Origin: a bacterium | Lineage (GTDB): Bacteria; AUK180 | Assembly (NCBI GenBank): GCA_023144005.1 | Contig: JAGLGN010000006.1 | Coordinates: 80,799 to 144,798 of the forward strand | Length of the DNA stretch: 64,000 bases | Direction of reading: 5' to 3' | Shown here: in pieces, positions 42,352-52,614 of the stretch | How the letters are laid out: every line of letters starts with the position of its first letter | Position numbering within the stretch: position 1 is the first letter of the stretch | The notes under the pieces: model-generated | Database searches by the model: none | Seen by the model: the letters and a program-made list of their open reading frames with translations, nothing else | Told to the model about the DNA's origin: nothing | Made by a program: the position numbers and the translations under genes

Positions 42352-43661
42352 TTAAGGCGGGACCAAAGCTTACCTGCGATCTCAGTTGATCTCGCAATGA
42401 CCTCTTTGATATCAAGGTCCAATTGCAGCTCAAAATCTTTCATGAGGAATTTGCCCATGGAAACGGTATGCCTTACTCGGGAGTTGATCATACCGAAAAG
42501 AAGATGCCCCACGGCATTATCAGCATTGATCATCGTAGGCGGTTCATAATCAAAGAACGCCAGATCGGCGTCGGCGCCAGGCCGTATTGCCCCGATATCC
42601 CTGCCGAAAATAGATGATGCCATATAAGAATTATTCACAAGAGCGCTGAATGCTTCCATCCAGCCGGCGGAAGGAAGTGACCGCTTTATATGAGAAAGGT
42701 AGTATCCTAATTGATATTCTTTTAATGGGAGATTGTGCATTCCATCGGTGCCGAATCCGGTAATAACTCCTGCTTCCATGGCTCCTATCAGATCTAATAT
42801 ACCCACGGCATTATTGAGATTTGAAGACGGATTATGGACAAGGAAACAACCGTGTTCTTTCAGGAGTTCCCATTCGCTCTTATCCGTCCACACACCGTGT
42901 ATCATCAAGCTGTTCTTTCTGAGAAGCCCGAATTTTTCCAAACGGTGAGTTACACTTTTATACCCGAATTCCCGGACATAATCCTGATCCGATTTATCCT
43001 CGGCAAGGTGACAGTGAAGGGGCATATCTTCATCAATGGCGTCCGCGATTTCCTGAAGGTCTTCGTCGGACAAGGTCATATTGGCGTGAAGGCCGAGCAT
43101 GCCTCGGACGGTACGGTCCTCCCGATGCTTATTAAAAAAATCTATATTTTCATCAAGCTCCTCTTTGAAAACTTCCTCGCCGTTGCGGTTGGTTATCTCA
43201 AAACAGAGCGTACCCTTGACCCCCACGCTCTTCAGTATAGAGGAGATATCTTCGAGACTGCCACCTATATAACCGCCGGAGACATGATGGTCAAATATAG
43301 TTGTTGTTCCGCCTTTGATGCCCTCGATAAGCGGAAATATCACCGAATAATAGAGCTCTTCGCGAGTTAATTCCCGATCCAATTTCCACCAGAAATTTTC
43401 CAGTACCTCTACAAAATTCCTGGAGGGTGCGCCGGGAAGAGAGAGCCCCCTGCCCAGAGTTGAATAGAAGTGCATATGAGCATTGACCTGACCCGGCAAC
43501 AGAACCGTCCCGCCCATATCATATTCGTCCACGTCGGTGATATTCAATTCGCTTCCGATCTGAACGATCCTGTCGTCCTCAATAAGTATTTGCGCTTTAT
43601 TTAAGAACGGATTCTTCTCATCAAAGGTAATGCCGGTGACATCGGTCAATAAATATTTCAT
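42348..43661 (-). CDS. Metal-dependent amidohydrolase, SsnA-like
   Basis: PG.VNAHMHFYS..GRG, L...WWKLD, GTTTIFDHH, GLHA, H.HLAED, HNPSSNLNNAVG, GTDG. Confidence 0.88.
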   Translation of the reverse strand: MKYLLTDVTGITFDEKNPFLNKAQILIEDDRIVQIGSELNITDVDEYDMGGTVLLPGQVNAHMHFYSTLGRGLSLPGAPSRNFVEVLENFWWKLDRELTREELYYSVIFPLIEGIKGGTTTIFDHHVSGGYIGGSLEDISSILKSVGVKGTLCFEITNRNGEEVFKEELDENIDFFNKHREDRTVRGMLGLHANMTLSDEDLQEIADAIDEDMPLHCHLAEDKSDQDYVREFGYKSVTHRLEKFGLLRKNSLMIHGVWTDKSEWELLKEHGCFLVHNPSSNLNNAVGILDLIGAMEAGVITGFGTDGMHNLPLKEYQLGYYLSHIKRSLPSAGWMEAFSALVNNSYMASSIFGRDIGAIRPGADADLAFFDYEPPTMINADNAVGHLLFGMINSRVRHTVSMGKFLMKDFELQLDLDIKEVIARSTEIAGKLWSRLK

Positions 43662-44137
43662 TTTTTCCTCTGTTTTTTCATTACATACGAGAAGATATTC
43701 TCCTTCACCTCATCCATGCGCGAAGCTTTCTCATCATTCTCATGAGAAAATCCTATGATGTGCAGGATCGCGTGAGCTATAAAGTTAAGAAGCGAAAGTT
43801 TTTTATCTTCAAAACTGCCCGAAGAATCTCTCAGCAGTTCATCCCAATTTATCACGATCTCCCCGACAACGGTTGACGCGGGATCATCCATATATGAAAA
43901 GGAGAGTTCATTGGTCGGCAGAGCGTTGTTTCTGTACCTTTTATTCAGCTGTATCATTTTTTTATCGTCGCATATGAGCACGGATACGGATGCCTTTATC
44001 CCGAAATTCCGCATCTTTATATATCCCCGGCGGAAAAGATGGTCAAAAGAAAGCTGGACAACATCTCTTATGAAGGGGTGGTAAGGTGTCTTTATCTTGA
44101 TATTCTGATAAGAGATCTCAGTTTTTATTATCCTCAT
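43658..44137 (-). CDS. ybeY: rRNA maturation endoribonuclease YbeY
   Basis: LNKRYR....PT..LSF, GEIVI, HAILHIIGFSH metal motif; phoH-HD-ybeY context. Confidence 0.88.
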   Translation of the reverse strand: MRIIKTEISYQNIKIKTPYHPFIRDVVQLSFDHLFRRGYIKMRNFGIKASVSVLICDDKKMIQLNKRYRNNALPTNELSFSYMDDPASTVVGEIVINWDELLRDSSGSFEDKKLSLLNFIAHAILHIIGFSHENDEKASRMDEVKENIFSYVMKKQRKK

Positions 44138-46358
44138 CGTATTCTATCCTTTTATGGTACATCGTTTGAATGGTCTTGATAAAACTACTGGCCACGCGGT
44201 TCAATTCCTGCAGGCTTATCGGGCAATCCGCCAACTGCTCCTCATCAATGAGCGCTTCATACAGGGTCTCCATCACCATTTTCTTAATTGTGGAATACTT
44301 ATAATTGGTCAGTACCCTTGATTTCGCTTCGACGCGGTCGGCGAGCATCACAATGGCGGATTCTTTAAATGTGGGTTTATTGCCATGATACATAAATTCA
44401 CTTTCATCCAATTCCTTGATCTCCCCTTTCTTCAGTTGAAGCTTGGCCTTATTATAGAAATACTTCATGAAGGAAGTCCCATGGTGCTCCAGGATGATCT
44501 TTCTTACGGGCTTGGGAAGCATATAATCTAATGACAGCTGATATCCGGATATCACATGCTGTCTGATATATTTAACGCTCATAATGGGGCTTAATTTATC
44601 GTGAGGGTTCTTTTTAGTGAACTGATTTTCTATGAAGTAGCCCGGGTTCTTTATCTTGCCTATGTCATGGAACATCGCTCCTACCTTTGCAGTTATCGGG
44701 TCAGCCCCGATCTCAACCGCCGCAGCTTCGCTCATATTCGCCACACCAAGAGAGTGCTGATATGTTCCCGGAGCGATAAGCGTGAGATTCTTGAGCGCCG
44801 GATGCTCACCGCTTATCAATTCAATCAGCTGAAAGCGTGTGGGGATATCCAGTATGGATTCAAAGAACGGCATGATCGAGATGAGAAGTATATATGAAAA
44901 GAGATTACCCACCATAACGGCAGCTATATTACTCATGATTATCCCGGCATTGAAGCCCTTCAATAATCCGATCGATACCGGCACCAGCATCGATACTATT
45001 CCTATGAGAAGGAAATCATAGAAAAGAGTGCTTCTTTTATTGATATTCCGGGTAATGTAAACGGTGAAAAGGGAGTTCACGAACCCATACAGCAATATGT
45101 CAAGGTTGTAGCCGAAGAAGAACGCTGTAATAATTGAGATTATAAGGGAAGAGAAAATAGCGAATTCGACATCAATAAAGAGGATCACAATGATGGTGAA
45201 GAGCGAGAAAGGAAGGCTGAAGCCCGATAAGAATGTATCCTCCGATATTCCGGAAAAATACTTAACGGCCAGAATAGCGGCGAGAAATATCATTAAATTG
45301 AAAAACATGACAAGATATCCTTCATTCGCCCTGAAATGAGCTCTTTTGAACCTCCTTACATAAAATATCAGAAGGAGAAAAAGAAGCAGAATGAACATCG
45401 CAAGTCCGGTCACCCTTTTTACGGTTACCCGCGTCGAAAGGTAATTATTAAGGGTATCGATGACTTTCTTGTCCTGATTAGTGTATATCTCCCCCCTTCT
45501 TAATACGATCTGACCTTTGATAAAGGAATCCCTTTCGGGAGGCAGAGATTGAGCCAATACCTCGGCACGCTTCGCGGTCTGCTGCATATTGAACTCAAGG
45601 TTTGTTGAAAGGTAATGCGATAAGAGCTGGATAACAAAGCGGATTATACCCGGCGGGAAATTATGATCTTCAAAAAGAGCTTCTTTGACCTCGCTCAACG
45701 GCACTATTTCAGAAACATTTTTCGTAATTTCTCTACCGTTGGGGGAAATGACCACAATGGAATTTCTGTTCTTATTCCATCTCTCAAGATTATCGATGAA
45801 TTCCGCTCTCTCCCTTGAGATGCCGGCCTTCATATAGGGACTGACCTTCAATGTAATAAGATTGGTGATCTCATCGTAGTTGATTATCGCAAATAGCGCT
45901 TCCCACTGCTGCAGAGACAATCGGAAAAACGGATAATCCTCTCTTATCCAATTGATCCGGCCGTAAATAGACAGGCCCGGAGCATTCTTAATTTTTTCAA
46001 GAGAGGATACCACTACGCGGATATTCTCATTGAAGATCTCCTCTGTTTTAGGGTTCACTCTGAACACCGCGGGAAGGCGGGAGACCTTTTCTTTTGTCTT
46101 CCTTTCTGTCTTTTCATCATTGTCAACTGAATAATCTATCGGAGATATATAATCCTGGTGAATAATGTCGCCTATCTTGTAATTCACTGTATGAAATTTG
46201 AAATGAGCTGAGAAAAGGAAGAATAACAAGATCACCGTAACCAGCATTATGAGCACTTTGAAGGCGCTGTTCTTCCCGGCAAGGCTTTCCTTGACAAAGT
46301 TCTGAAGCTTTCTTATTATTCTTTCCAGATCCAATTTATTGCTTTGAGTTTCCATCAT
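44118..46358 (-). CDS. 7TM-HD phosphodiesterase (PgpH-like, putative c-di-AMP phosphodiesterase)
   Basis: Extracytoplasmic 7TMR-HDED region, 7 TM segments, APGTYQHS..VAN..E.AA, HDIGK, YFIENQ, EHHGT, MLAD. Start is 46358 or 46355. Confidence 0.88.
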   Translation of the reverse strand: MMETQSNKLDLERIIRKLQNFVKESLAGKNSAFKVLIMLVTVILLFFLFSAHFKFHTVNYKIGDIIHQDYISPIDYSVDNDEKTERKTKEKVSRLPAVFRVNPKTEEIFNENIRVVVSSLEKIKNAPGLSIYGRINWIREDYPFFRLSLQQWEALFAIINYDEITNLITLKVSPYMKAGISRERAEFIDNLERWNKNRNSIVVISPNGREITKNVSEIVPLSEVKEALFEDHNFPPGIIRFVIQLLSHYLSTNLEFNMQQTAKRAEVLAQSLPPERDSFIKGQIVLRRGEIYTNQDKKVIDTLNNYLSTRVTVKRVTGLAMFILLLFLLLIFYVRRFKRAHFRANEGYLVMFFNLMIFLAAILAVKYFSGISEDTFLSGFSLPFSLFTIIVILFIDVEFAIFSSLIISIITAFFFGYNLDILLYGFVNSLFTVYITRNINKRSTLFYDFLLIGIVSMLVPVSIGLLKGFNAGIIMSNIAAVMVGNLFSYILLISIMPFFESILDIPTRFQLIELISGEHPALKNLTLIAPGTYQHSLGVANMSEAAAVEIGADPITAKVGAMFHDIGKIKNPGYFIENQFTKKNPHDKLSPIMSVKYIRQHVISGYQLSLDYMLPKPVRKIILEHHGTSFMKYFYNKAKLQLKKGEIKELDESEFMYHGNKPTFKESAIVMLADRVEAKSRVLTNYKYSTIKKMVMETLYEALIDEEQLADCPISLQELNRVASSFIKTIQTMYHKRIEYDEDNKN

Positions 46359-47304
46359 ATTTTTCAAATGCCTCAATGATATTCTGAACCATAGTGTGGC
46401 GGACAACATCACGCTTATCAAGGTAGAGTACCTTTATTCCTTCTATATCCGCAAGGATTTTGCTTATGACCACTAACCCTGACAAATTCTTATTCGGAAT
46501 ATCGATCTGTGTGATATCCCCGGTAACAATTACCTTGGAATTGTGTCCTGTGCGGGTCAGGAACATCTTCATCTGCTCAATGGTCGCGTTCTGCCCCTCA
46601 TCGAGAATAATAAAAGAATCGTTCAATGTGCGTCCTCTCATAAAGGCCAAAGGCGCTACCTCGATCACCCCCTTTTCCATTAAAAGCTCCACCTTATTAA
46701 AGGACATGTGTTCGTAAAGCGCATCAAATATCGGCCTTAAATAGGGATCTACCTTCTGCGCGATGTCTCCGGGTAAAAATCCGAGTTTTTCCCCGGCCTC
46801 AACGGCGGGGCGGGTAACGATGATGCGGGAAACCTCCTTTTCCATCAGGGCTTCAACGGCACGGGCAACACCGATATAGGTTTTTCCCGTACCTGCGGGG
46901 CCGATACATATTGTAAGGTCGTTCTTTTTTATTTCCGAAATATATCCCTGCTGGCCATATGTCTTTGCCTGAACAAAGCCCCGCTGCGGGCCAACCCGAA
47001 TGAAAGAAGAAAATAGTTTTTCTGAGTCTATTATCCCCTTATCTTTATGAAAATCGATCAGATATTTGAAGGTCTTTTTATTTATCCTATATCCGTTCTT
47101 TATAGAATTTGAAAGGTCTTCGATGATCTCGGCGACAAGCTTCTCTGCGGCGGGGTCCGGGGCGGATATCTCCAGAGAACCGTTGTCTGAACTGATCTTC
47201 ACTTCAAAAACAGACGAAAGATATTTCAGATTCTCATCGTTATTGCCAAAAAGAGACGACAATTTACCCTGCTCGTTCAGGCCATGAAGATCTATCCTCA
47301 TCAT
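46336..47304 (-). CDS. phoH: PhoH-family ATPase
   Basis: GPAGTGKT, RPAVEAGEKLGFLPGD, PLAFMRGRTL, ILDE.QN, GDITQID, VVRH. Confidence 0.95.
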   Translation of the reverse strand: MMRIDLHGLNEQGKLSSLFGNNDENLKYLSSVFEVKISSDNGSLEISAPDPAAEKLVAEIIEDLSNSIKNGYRINKKTFKYLIDFHKDKGIIDSEKLFSSFIRVGPQRGFVQAKTYGQQGYISEIKKNDLTICIGPAGTGKTYIGVARAVEALMEKEVSRIIVTRPAVEAGEKLGFLPGDIAQKVDPYLRPIFDALYEHMSFNKVELLMEKGVIEVAPLAFMRGRTLNDSFIILDEGQNATIEQMKMFLTRTGHNSKVIVTGDITQIDIPNKNLSGLVVISKILADIEGIKVLYLDKRDVVRHTMVQNIIEAFEKYDGNSKQ

Positions 47305-49040
47305 ACTTCGTCCCCTGAAAGCCCTATGCCTAATTCATCTAATTGCTCTTGAGCAACATCGGACGGCGAGCCGGTCAGCAGACAATTGCCTGTGGTCGTC
47401 TTGGGAAATAGAATAAAATCCTTTAAACTGCCGTCACCATACAAGCCTATGGCCGTACGGCCGATGCCCAGAGCGATACCACCATGCGGAGGAAGGCCAT
47501 AATCGAGTGCCTCCAAAAAGAATCCGAAGCGGTCCTGCTGAGTTTTTTCATCCATACCCAGTATCTGAAAAACCTTTTTCTGAAGTTCCGCCATATTGAT
47601 CCTGATACTTCCGGACCCGAGCTCTATCCCGTTGAGAACCAGATCATATGCACGGGATAAAATACCGGCAAGATCTTTTTCACCATCAAGGCCAGAACCT
47701 TCCGCAGGCATCGTGAAAGGGTGATGGGCAGAGGCGTATCCCTTCAGCTCCTCATCGTAAAGGAAAAGAGGGAAATCCGTAACCCAGAGAAATTCATAGC
47801 CCTTTGTCAATAATTGATTCTCCTTTCCCAGATAGTCTCTCAGGAAGGAAAGAATATGTTCATTGGAATTACCGATCTGGAAGAAGATGCTTTCGCCTTC
47901 TTTCAATTTCAGAGATCCATAGAACTCAGAATTAGCAAATTTGGCCAATGTGAATGAATATTCACCTTCATTGCGGGAAATAAATATAGAGCCCTGAGCG
48001 CCTTCATTCTTTAATATCCCTTCGATTTTCTTAGAGGCGGAGCGGGAATATGCGGCAGGCACCCTGATCCCCCTTATGCGATCGCCTTTTTCCAAAGCAT
48101 CCTTTATGAAATTAACGGGCAGCACTTTGAATTCTCGGCTGAAATCTTCGATCACAAGAGGATTTCTGAGGTCCGGCTTATCTGACGCATATCTCTCCAT
48201 TGAATCATTGTATGTGATCCGGGTAAAAGGGGTTTTTATGTTTAATTGCATCTTTTCAGAAATGTAAGAGAACATCTTCTCTATTTCCTGATAGATCTCC
48301 TGCTCATCGGTAAAAGCCCTTTCTACATCCAGCTGAGTAAATTCCGGCTGACGGTCCGCGCGCAGGTCCTCATCCCTGAAGCAGCGGGCAAGCTGAAAAT
48401 ATCGCTCGAACCCGCTTCCCATGAGAAGCTGTTTCAGAAGTTGCGGGGATTGCGGAAGAGCGTAGAACTTACCCTTGAAATTTCTCGATGGAACGACGAA
48501 GTCACGAGCTCCTTCGGGTGTACTTTTAATAAGATACGGGGTCTCCAGTTCCTGATAATTCCTGGAGTAGAAATACTCTCTGATACGGCGGACAAGATCG
48601 TTCCTGAAGCGGATCTTTTTAGTGATCCCGTAGGATCGAAGTTCGAAATAGCGGTATTTGCCCTTTAAAGATTCATTTATTTCATCGATGACAGACAGCT
48701 CGAAAGGAGGTACCTTGCCCTTTACCAGTATATTTAATTCGCTTCCATTCAATTCAAATTCACCCTGGGCGAGTCCGGCCTTGACCTGTGATTCCGGACG
48801 AAGGTTCAGCATCCCTTTGACCATAACTATGTTTTCATCTCTGAGCTGCTCCGCCGATTGGAATTGCTGATCAGAGACATTGCTCTTGTCGAATTGGACC
48901 TGCAGAACTCCGGTTTCGTCCCTTAGATAAAGAAAGAGTAAGCTCCCCATCTTGCGTATCGAATCCACATACCCGCAGAGAACAAGTTCGCTGCCGAGTT
49001 TGTCTTTATTTATATCGCCTATATATATTCTTTCTTTCAC
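47301..49040 (-). CDS. aspS: Aspartate--tRNA ligase
   Basis: STPEGARDF.VPSR, FYALPQSPQ..KQLLM, FRDEDLRADRQPEFTQLD, HHPFT, PPHGGIALG. GTG start adjacent to the pilB stop. Confidence 0.96.
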   Translation of the reverse strand: MKERIYIGDINKDKLGSELVLCGYVDSIRKMGSLLFLYLRDETGVLQVQFDKSNVSDQQFQSAEQLRDENIVMVKGMLNLRPESQVKAGLAQGEFELNGSELNILVKGKVPPFELSVIDEINESLKGKYRYFELRSYGITKKIRFRNDLVRRIREYFYSRNYQELETPYLIKSTPEGARDFVVPSRNFKGKFYALPQSPQLLKQLLMGSGFERYFQLARCFRDEDLRADRQPEFTQLDVERAFTDEQEIYQEIEKMFSYISEKMQLNIKTPFTRITYNDSMERYASDKPDLRNPLVIEDFSREFKVLPVNFIKDALEKGDRIRGIRVPAAYSRSASKKIEGILKNEGAQGSIFISRNEGEYSFTLAKFANSEFYGSLKLKEGESIFFQIGNSNEHILSFLRDYLGKENQLLTKGYEFLWVTDFPLFLYDEELKGYASAHHPFTMPAEGSGLDGEKDLAGILSRAYDLVLNGIELGSGSIRINMAELQKKVFQILGMDEKTQQDRFGFFLEALDYGLPPHGGIALGIGRTAIGLYGDGSLKDFILFPKTTTGNCLLTGSPSDVAQEQLDELGIGLSGDEV

Positions 49041-50816
49041 TTAGACTCCTGCGGTAACCCTTTTTACTTCTTCCAATGTGGTTAGCCCTTCGCTGACCTT
49101 TAAAAGCGCTTGCAGGCGCATCGTCATCATACCTTCTTCAACGGCCATATCCCTTAAAACCCTGAAGGAAGAATTCTCCATAATATGTTTCTGCATCGGT
49201 TTTGAGATCGGCATGACCTCAAAGAGTGCCGTCCTGCTGAAATATCCGGTATTGGAGCAATAATCGCAGCCCTCTCCACGATAGAATTTTTCAATGGTGT
49301 TCACCTCTTCCGGTTCGATGCCCAGCGCTTCCATTTCATCATCTCCGTATGTAACCTCGGCCTTGCACTTGGGGCATGCGATACGGATCAGCTTCTGTGC
49401 TACTACACAGGCAAGGGCAGCCGATATCAGAAATGGGGGGACGCCGATATTCATCAGTCGCGTTATGACAGAGGGAGCATCATTGGTATGAACGGAAGAC
49501 ACCACCATATGGCCTGTCAGAGCGGCTCTGATGGCAATATCCGCCGTGACGGCATCACGGATCTCTCCCACCATTATCTTGTCGGGATCCTGACGCAAAA
49601 ACGCCTTCAATGCCTTCGCAAATGTCATCTTCCCCTCAAGGGCTTCCTTTTGTGTTTTATGTGAATGCTTATCTCCGAGTATAGATTCCTCATCTATCTT
49701 GATATTGACCTGATTGACACCCTCGATATTGAACTCAACCGGCTCTTCAACCGTCATAATATTGGAGAAGTCATCATACATCTCTTTTACCATCGAGTAG
49801 AGGGTAGTGGTCTTTCCACTGCCGGTGGGACCCGCGACCAGGATCATTCCCCAAGGACGCGCAAGAGATAGCTTGACTTCGCTTAGATCTCTTTTGTTAA
49901 AGCCCAATGCATCCAGATTAAGCTCAACCCTTTGTTTATCACCTATTCGGATCTCCACTCTTTCCCCATACACCGTTGGCACGAATGAGGTTCTGAACTC
50001 GATCTCCCTTCCCTGAAATTTATACTGGAACCGGCCGTTTTGCGGCTTTCTCGATTCATCTATCTTGGCTCCCGACTTCAGTTTAAGTATGGTAACAACC
50101 GGACGAAGGACCGCGATCGGGTATCGCTTTTCTTCGTAAAGGACGCTGTCTATACGGTAGCGTATCCTTACCATACGCTCGTCAAAGGGTTCGACATGAA
50201 TATCTGAAGCCCTCTTTTGCAATGCGCGGGCAATGATGTACTTAATAAGGTTTTCATTCTGCTTATCCTCGGACATCTTCAGAAGCTCGTCGGACGAGAC
50301 CTCCGATCGTTCCTGCTCATCAATAACATCGGCGTCAACGACCGTTTCCTGATCAAGCATCTCCGTAAAATCTTCCTCATCCATTCCCTTGTGTGAACTG
50401 TAGAGACGTTCAATGGCTTCTTTGATCTCGGAAGGGACTCCCAGCATAAGCTCCAATTCCAGTCCGGTAAGCATATGGATATCCTGAATTACCGAACGCT
50501 TCATGGGATTTGCCATGACCACGGTAAGTGAGTTGCCAAGTATCTCGACAGGGACCATAAGCTCTTTTCTGGCTATCTTGAAGGGGATCTTCTCCAGTAC
50601 AAAATCCTCCACTTCCATATCCTTGATGCCGGGAAAGAAAGGAATATCAAGCTGCTCGGATATAATAGCGACCAGCCGCTCTTCATCCACGAATTCTTTT
50701 TCGACCAGGATAAGTCCCAGAAATTCTCCTGATTCCTTCTGTTCGGCAAGAACTATTTCCAATTGTTCCTGAGTAAGAAGGCCTTTACTAATAAGAAGCT
50801 CGCCTAAGCGTTTCAT
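49041..50816 (-). CDS. PilB/GspE-family secretion ATPase with N-terminal MshEN domain
   Basis: RLGELL..KGLL..EQL..VL.EQ (MshEN motif), ASDIHVEP, GPTGSGKTTTLY, RQDPD.IMVGEIRD, TGH...S.HT, CPKC..CDYC. ATG 50816 is preferred because it follows a promoter. Confidence 0.92.
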   Translation of the reverse strand: MKRLGELLISKGLLTQEQLEIVLAEQKESGEFLGLILVEKEFVDEERLVAIISEQLDIPFFPGIKDMEVEDFVLEKIPFKIARKELMVPVEILGNSLTVVMANPMKRSVIQDIHMLTGLELELMLGVPSEIKEAIERLYSSHKGMDEEDFTEMLDQETVVDADVIDEQERSEVSSDELLKMSEDKQNENLIKYIIARALQKRASDIHVEPFDERMVRIRYRIDSVLYEEKRYPIAVLRPVVTILKLKSGAKIDESRKPQNGRFQYKFQGREIEFRTSFVPTVYGERVEIRIGDKQRVELNLDALGFNKRDLSEVKLSLARPWGMILVAGPTGSGKTTTLYSMVKEMYDDFSNIMTVEEPVEFNIEGVNQVNIKIDEESILGDKHSHKTQKEALEGKMTFAKALKAFLRQDPDKIMVGEIRDAVTADIAIRAALTGHMVVSSVHTNDAPSVITRLMNIGVPPFLISAALACVVAQKLIRIACPKCKAEVTYGDDEMEALGIEPEEVNTIEKFYRGEGCDYCSNTGYFSRTALFEVMPISKPMQKHIMENSSFRVLRDMAVEEGMMTMRLQALLKVSEGLTTLEEVKRVTAGV

Positions 50817-50822
50817 AGGATA

Positions 50823-50851
50823 ATTATAATACAAACTACCCCTTATTGCAA
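50823..50851 (-). promoter_or_regulatory. sigma70 promoter giving a probably leaderless pilB-operon mRNA
   Basis: TTGCAA-17 nt-TATAAT, 6 nt before ATG 50816; no SD. Confidence 0.7.
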
Positions 50852-50944
50852 ATAAAGTGCGTTTAAATTACCATCGATAAAAGCAGTAAGAAGTGCGGTG
50901 CATTAAGAAGTGTGAAGTGTGGAGTGTGAGGTGTAAAGTGAGGA

Positions 50945-51155
50945 GAACAAGACAATATACACGCCCGTAACCAGAAAGACACTATTTCGCTTACCCCATT
51001 AGGACTTCTGTTACAATCATATCACGCCGCACCCCAATCAAGATATGGGACATGTCGTACGCCACAGGCGTTCGTCTGTCCCGATGTAAAAGTACCAAGC
51101 AAAGAGTTGACAGGAAGCGAAGCGTGTAAACTCTTTGCCTCGTTAGAATCACACG
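50945..51155. repeat. Dispersed structured repeat family A, copy 2 (inverted)
   Basis: 51041-51154 is the near-identical reverse complement of 15441-15554. CCCGTAACC.GAAA.ACA.TATTTCG near 50963-50990 matches ~15605-15632. Confidence 0.85.
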
Positions 51156-51186
51156 TTAACATTACATACACTGTATTCTCCCCAAA

Positions 51187-51210
51187 GGGCACGGCATGCC
51201 GTGCCCCTAC
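51187..51210 (-). repeat. GTAG-type REP palindrome
   Basis: Minus strand GTAG-GGGCACGGCATGCCGTGCCC: a perfect 20-bp palindrome with a GTAG foot. Confidence 0.75.
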
Positions 51211-51320
51211 ACCAATTCCTATTTTTCTCTTTCTTCTATTCCACTTGTACCTTGGTCCACTACGCAGCGCGTCGCTTGTGCACCTATCACCCATTGTCAT
51301 TGCATTTATGAAACAGTGCG

Positions 51321-51650
51321 CTAGGAAAATAGGATAAGGAGCAAAATTATAGCCGTCCCGCTGCCCGCAAGATCCCACACAAGGTCTTTATAAGAGAATG
51401 AGGATAGTTTTTTATCTCTGATGCTGTCCGTGATCTCCTTGAACACTCCGGTGGTCAGGGTCACGGAAAAAGACAATGTAATTGCGGAAGAATGCTCCAT
51501 TTCCAGCTGATACCGGGCAAAAGGATAGCTCCAGAGCGTTGAGGCAAAGGAATATGAGAAATGCATCAGCTTATCCTGTGAGAACCAGCTGTCCCCGAAA
51601 ACCGGGGAAATGCAGACCAAAATGATCAGGAAGAACAATATCTTTTTCAT
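51321..51650 (-). CDS. Small YfiM/DUF2279-like membrane or exported protein
   Basis: Signal peptide, DKLMHF, G.FKE..D, FS.KDL.WDLAG motifs. Confidence 0.75.
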   Translation of the reverse strand: MKKILFFLIILVCISPVFGDSWFSQDKLMHFSYSFASTLWSYPFARYQLEMEHSSAITLSFSVTLTTGVFKEITDSIRDKKLSSFSYKDLVWDLAGSGTAIILLLILFS

Positions 51651-51765
51651 TTTGATCAATTATATCATATTTCGCAGAAAAATGGTGCTAGGATGATAGG
51701 GTGATAAGTTGATAGGTAAAGAAAGAGAGATCAGAGCCCAAATGAACCAATAAACACATCCCACG

Positions 51766-52614
51766 TCACACGCCACGATCAGACCGTATCCACCTGAAGA
51801 TATATTCCTGCAATACTCCGCTATAGGGGTGAAATTTCTCGGTGAACTTCCTGCCATTGTCCGCGCAATATTCCGCATAAAAGCGTTTGATCCAGGTATC
51901 CACAGGGACAATATCATGATCGGCGAAGGAAAATAGCATTATACAATGAGCGACCTTGGGGCCGATGCCCAGAAAAGAGGTCAGCCACGAGAATTTCTTT
52001 TCATAGGAAAAACCCGCAATGGCGTTCAGCTCATATTCTGAATCCAGTCTTTCAATGAAAGAAATAATATATCTGGAGCGGAATCCCAGTTTCAACTCTC
52101 TTATCGCATCAATTCTATTCTTTAATTGTTTTAATGATGGAAAGAGGTATCTTGCGGTATTGCCGATAGCATTCTCCGGGAACAATGAGCTGATCTGTTC
52201 TATGCGGCGGACAATGAGCTGTATCGTGGATTGAATAGAAAGGATATATGAGATCGCCATCTCGAATGGCTCCTGCCTTAATATTCTCAATCCCGCTGAA
52301 AAATCAAGTATTTTTGTATATAACTCTCTTTCATTGCCGGATTTTTCCAGCACATGGGCGCGAAAAGCAGAGAGGTCAAAGGGGAAATCGAAGTAATTGG
52401 TCAGATATTCGGTCGGATCGGAAATGTTATTGACTTGATGCGATTCAAGAGAACAGTGAAGTTCATTGCCCTTTCGGATGATATGGACAAGGCCCGGCTT
52501 GAGAATCCCGGTCCAGGCACCACTCTCATCCTTCTTCCATCGAAACGCCTGACCGCAATCCAATGTCGCATCAAGGTCAAATTCCCCGCGGAAGGGAATT
52601 TGCAGATCAATCAT
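51766..52614 (-). CDS. 8-oxoguanine DNA glycosylase (OGG1-type HhH-GPD)
   Basis: FDL.ATLDCGQAFRW, GLRILRQEPFE..ISYI.S, LGFR, GIGPKVA.C..LF, PVDTW with the catalytic Lys and Asp present. Confidence 0.9.
   Translation of the reverse strand: MIDLQIPFRGEFDLDATLDCGQAFRWKKDESGAWTGILKPGLVHIIRKGNELHCSLESHQVNNISDPTEYLTNYFDFPFDLSAFRAHVLEKSGNERELYTKILDFSAGLRILRQEPFEMAISYILSIQSTIQLIVRRIEQISSLFPENAIGNTARYLFPSLKQLKNRIDAIRELKLGFRSRYIISFIERLDSEYELNAIAGFSYEKKFSWLTSFLGIGPKVAHCIMLFSFADHDIVPVDTWIKRFYAEYCADNGRKFTEKFHPYSGVLQEYIFRWIRSDRGV

Noticed and set aside
47301-49040. Calling aspS discriminating versus non-discriminating
   Set aside because: It lacks the HGG signature (reads KMGS), but the region is too divergent to call by eye.
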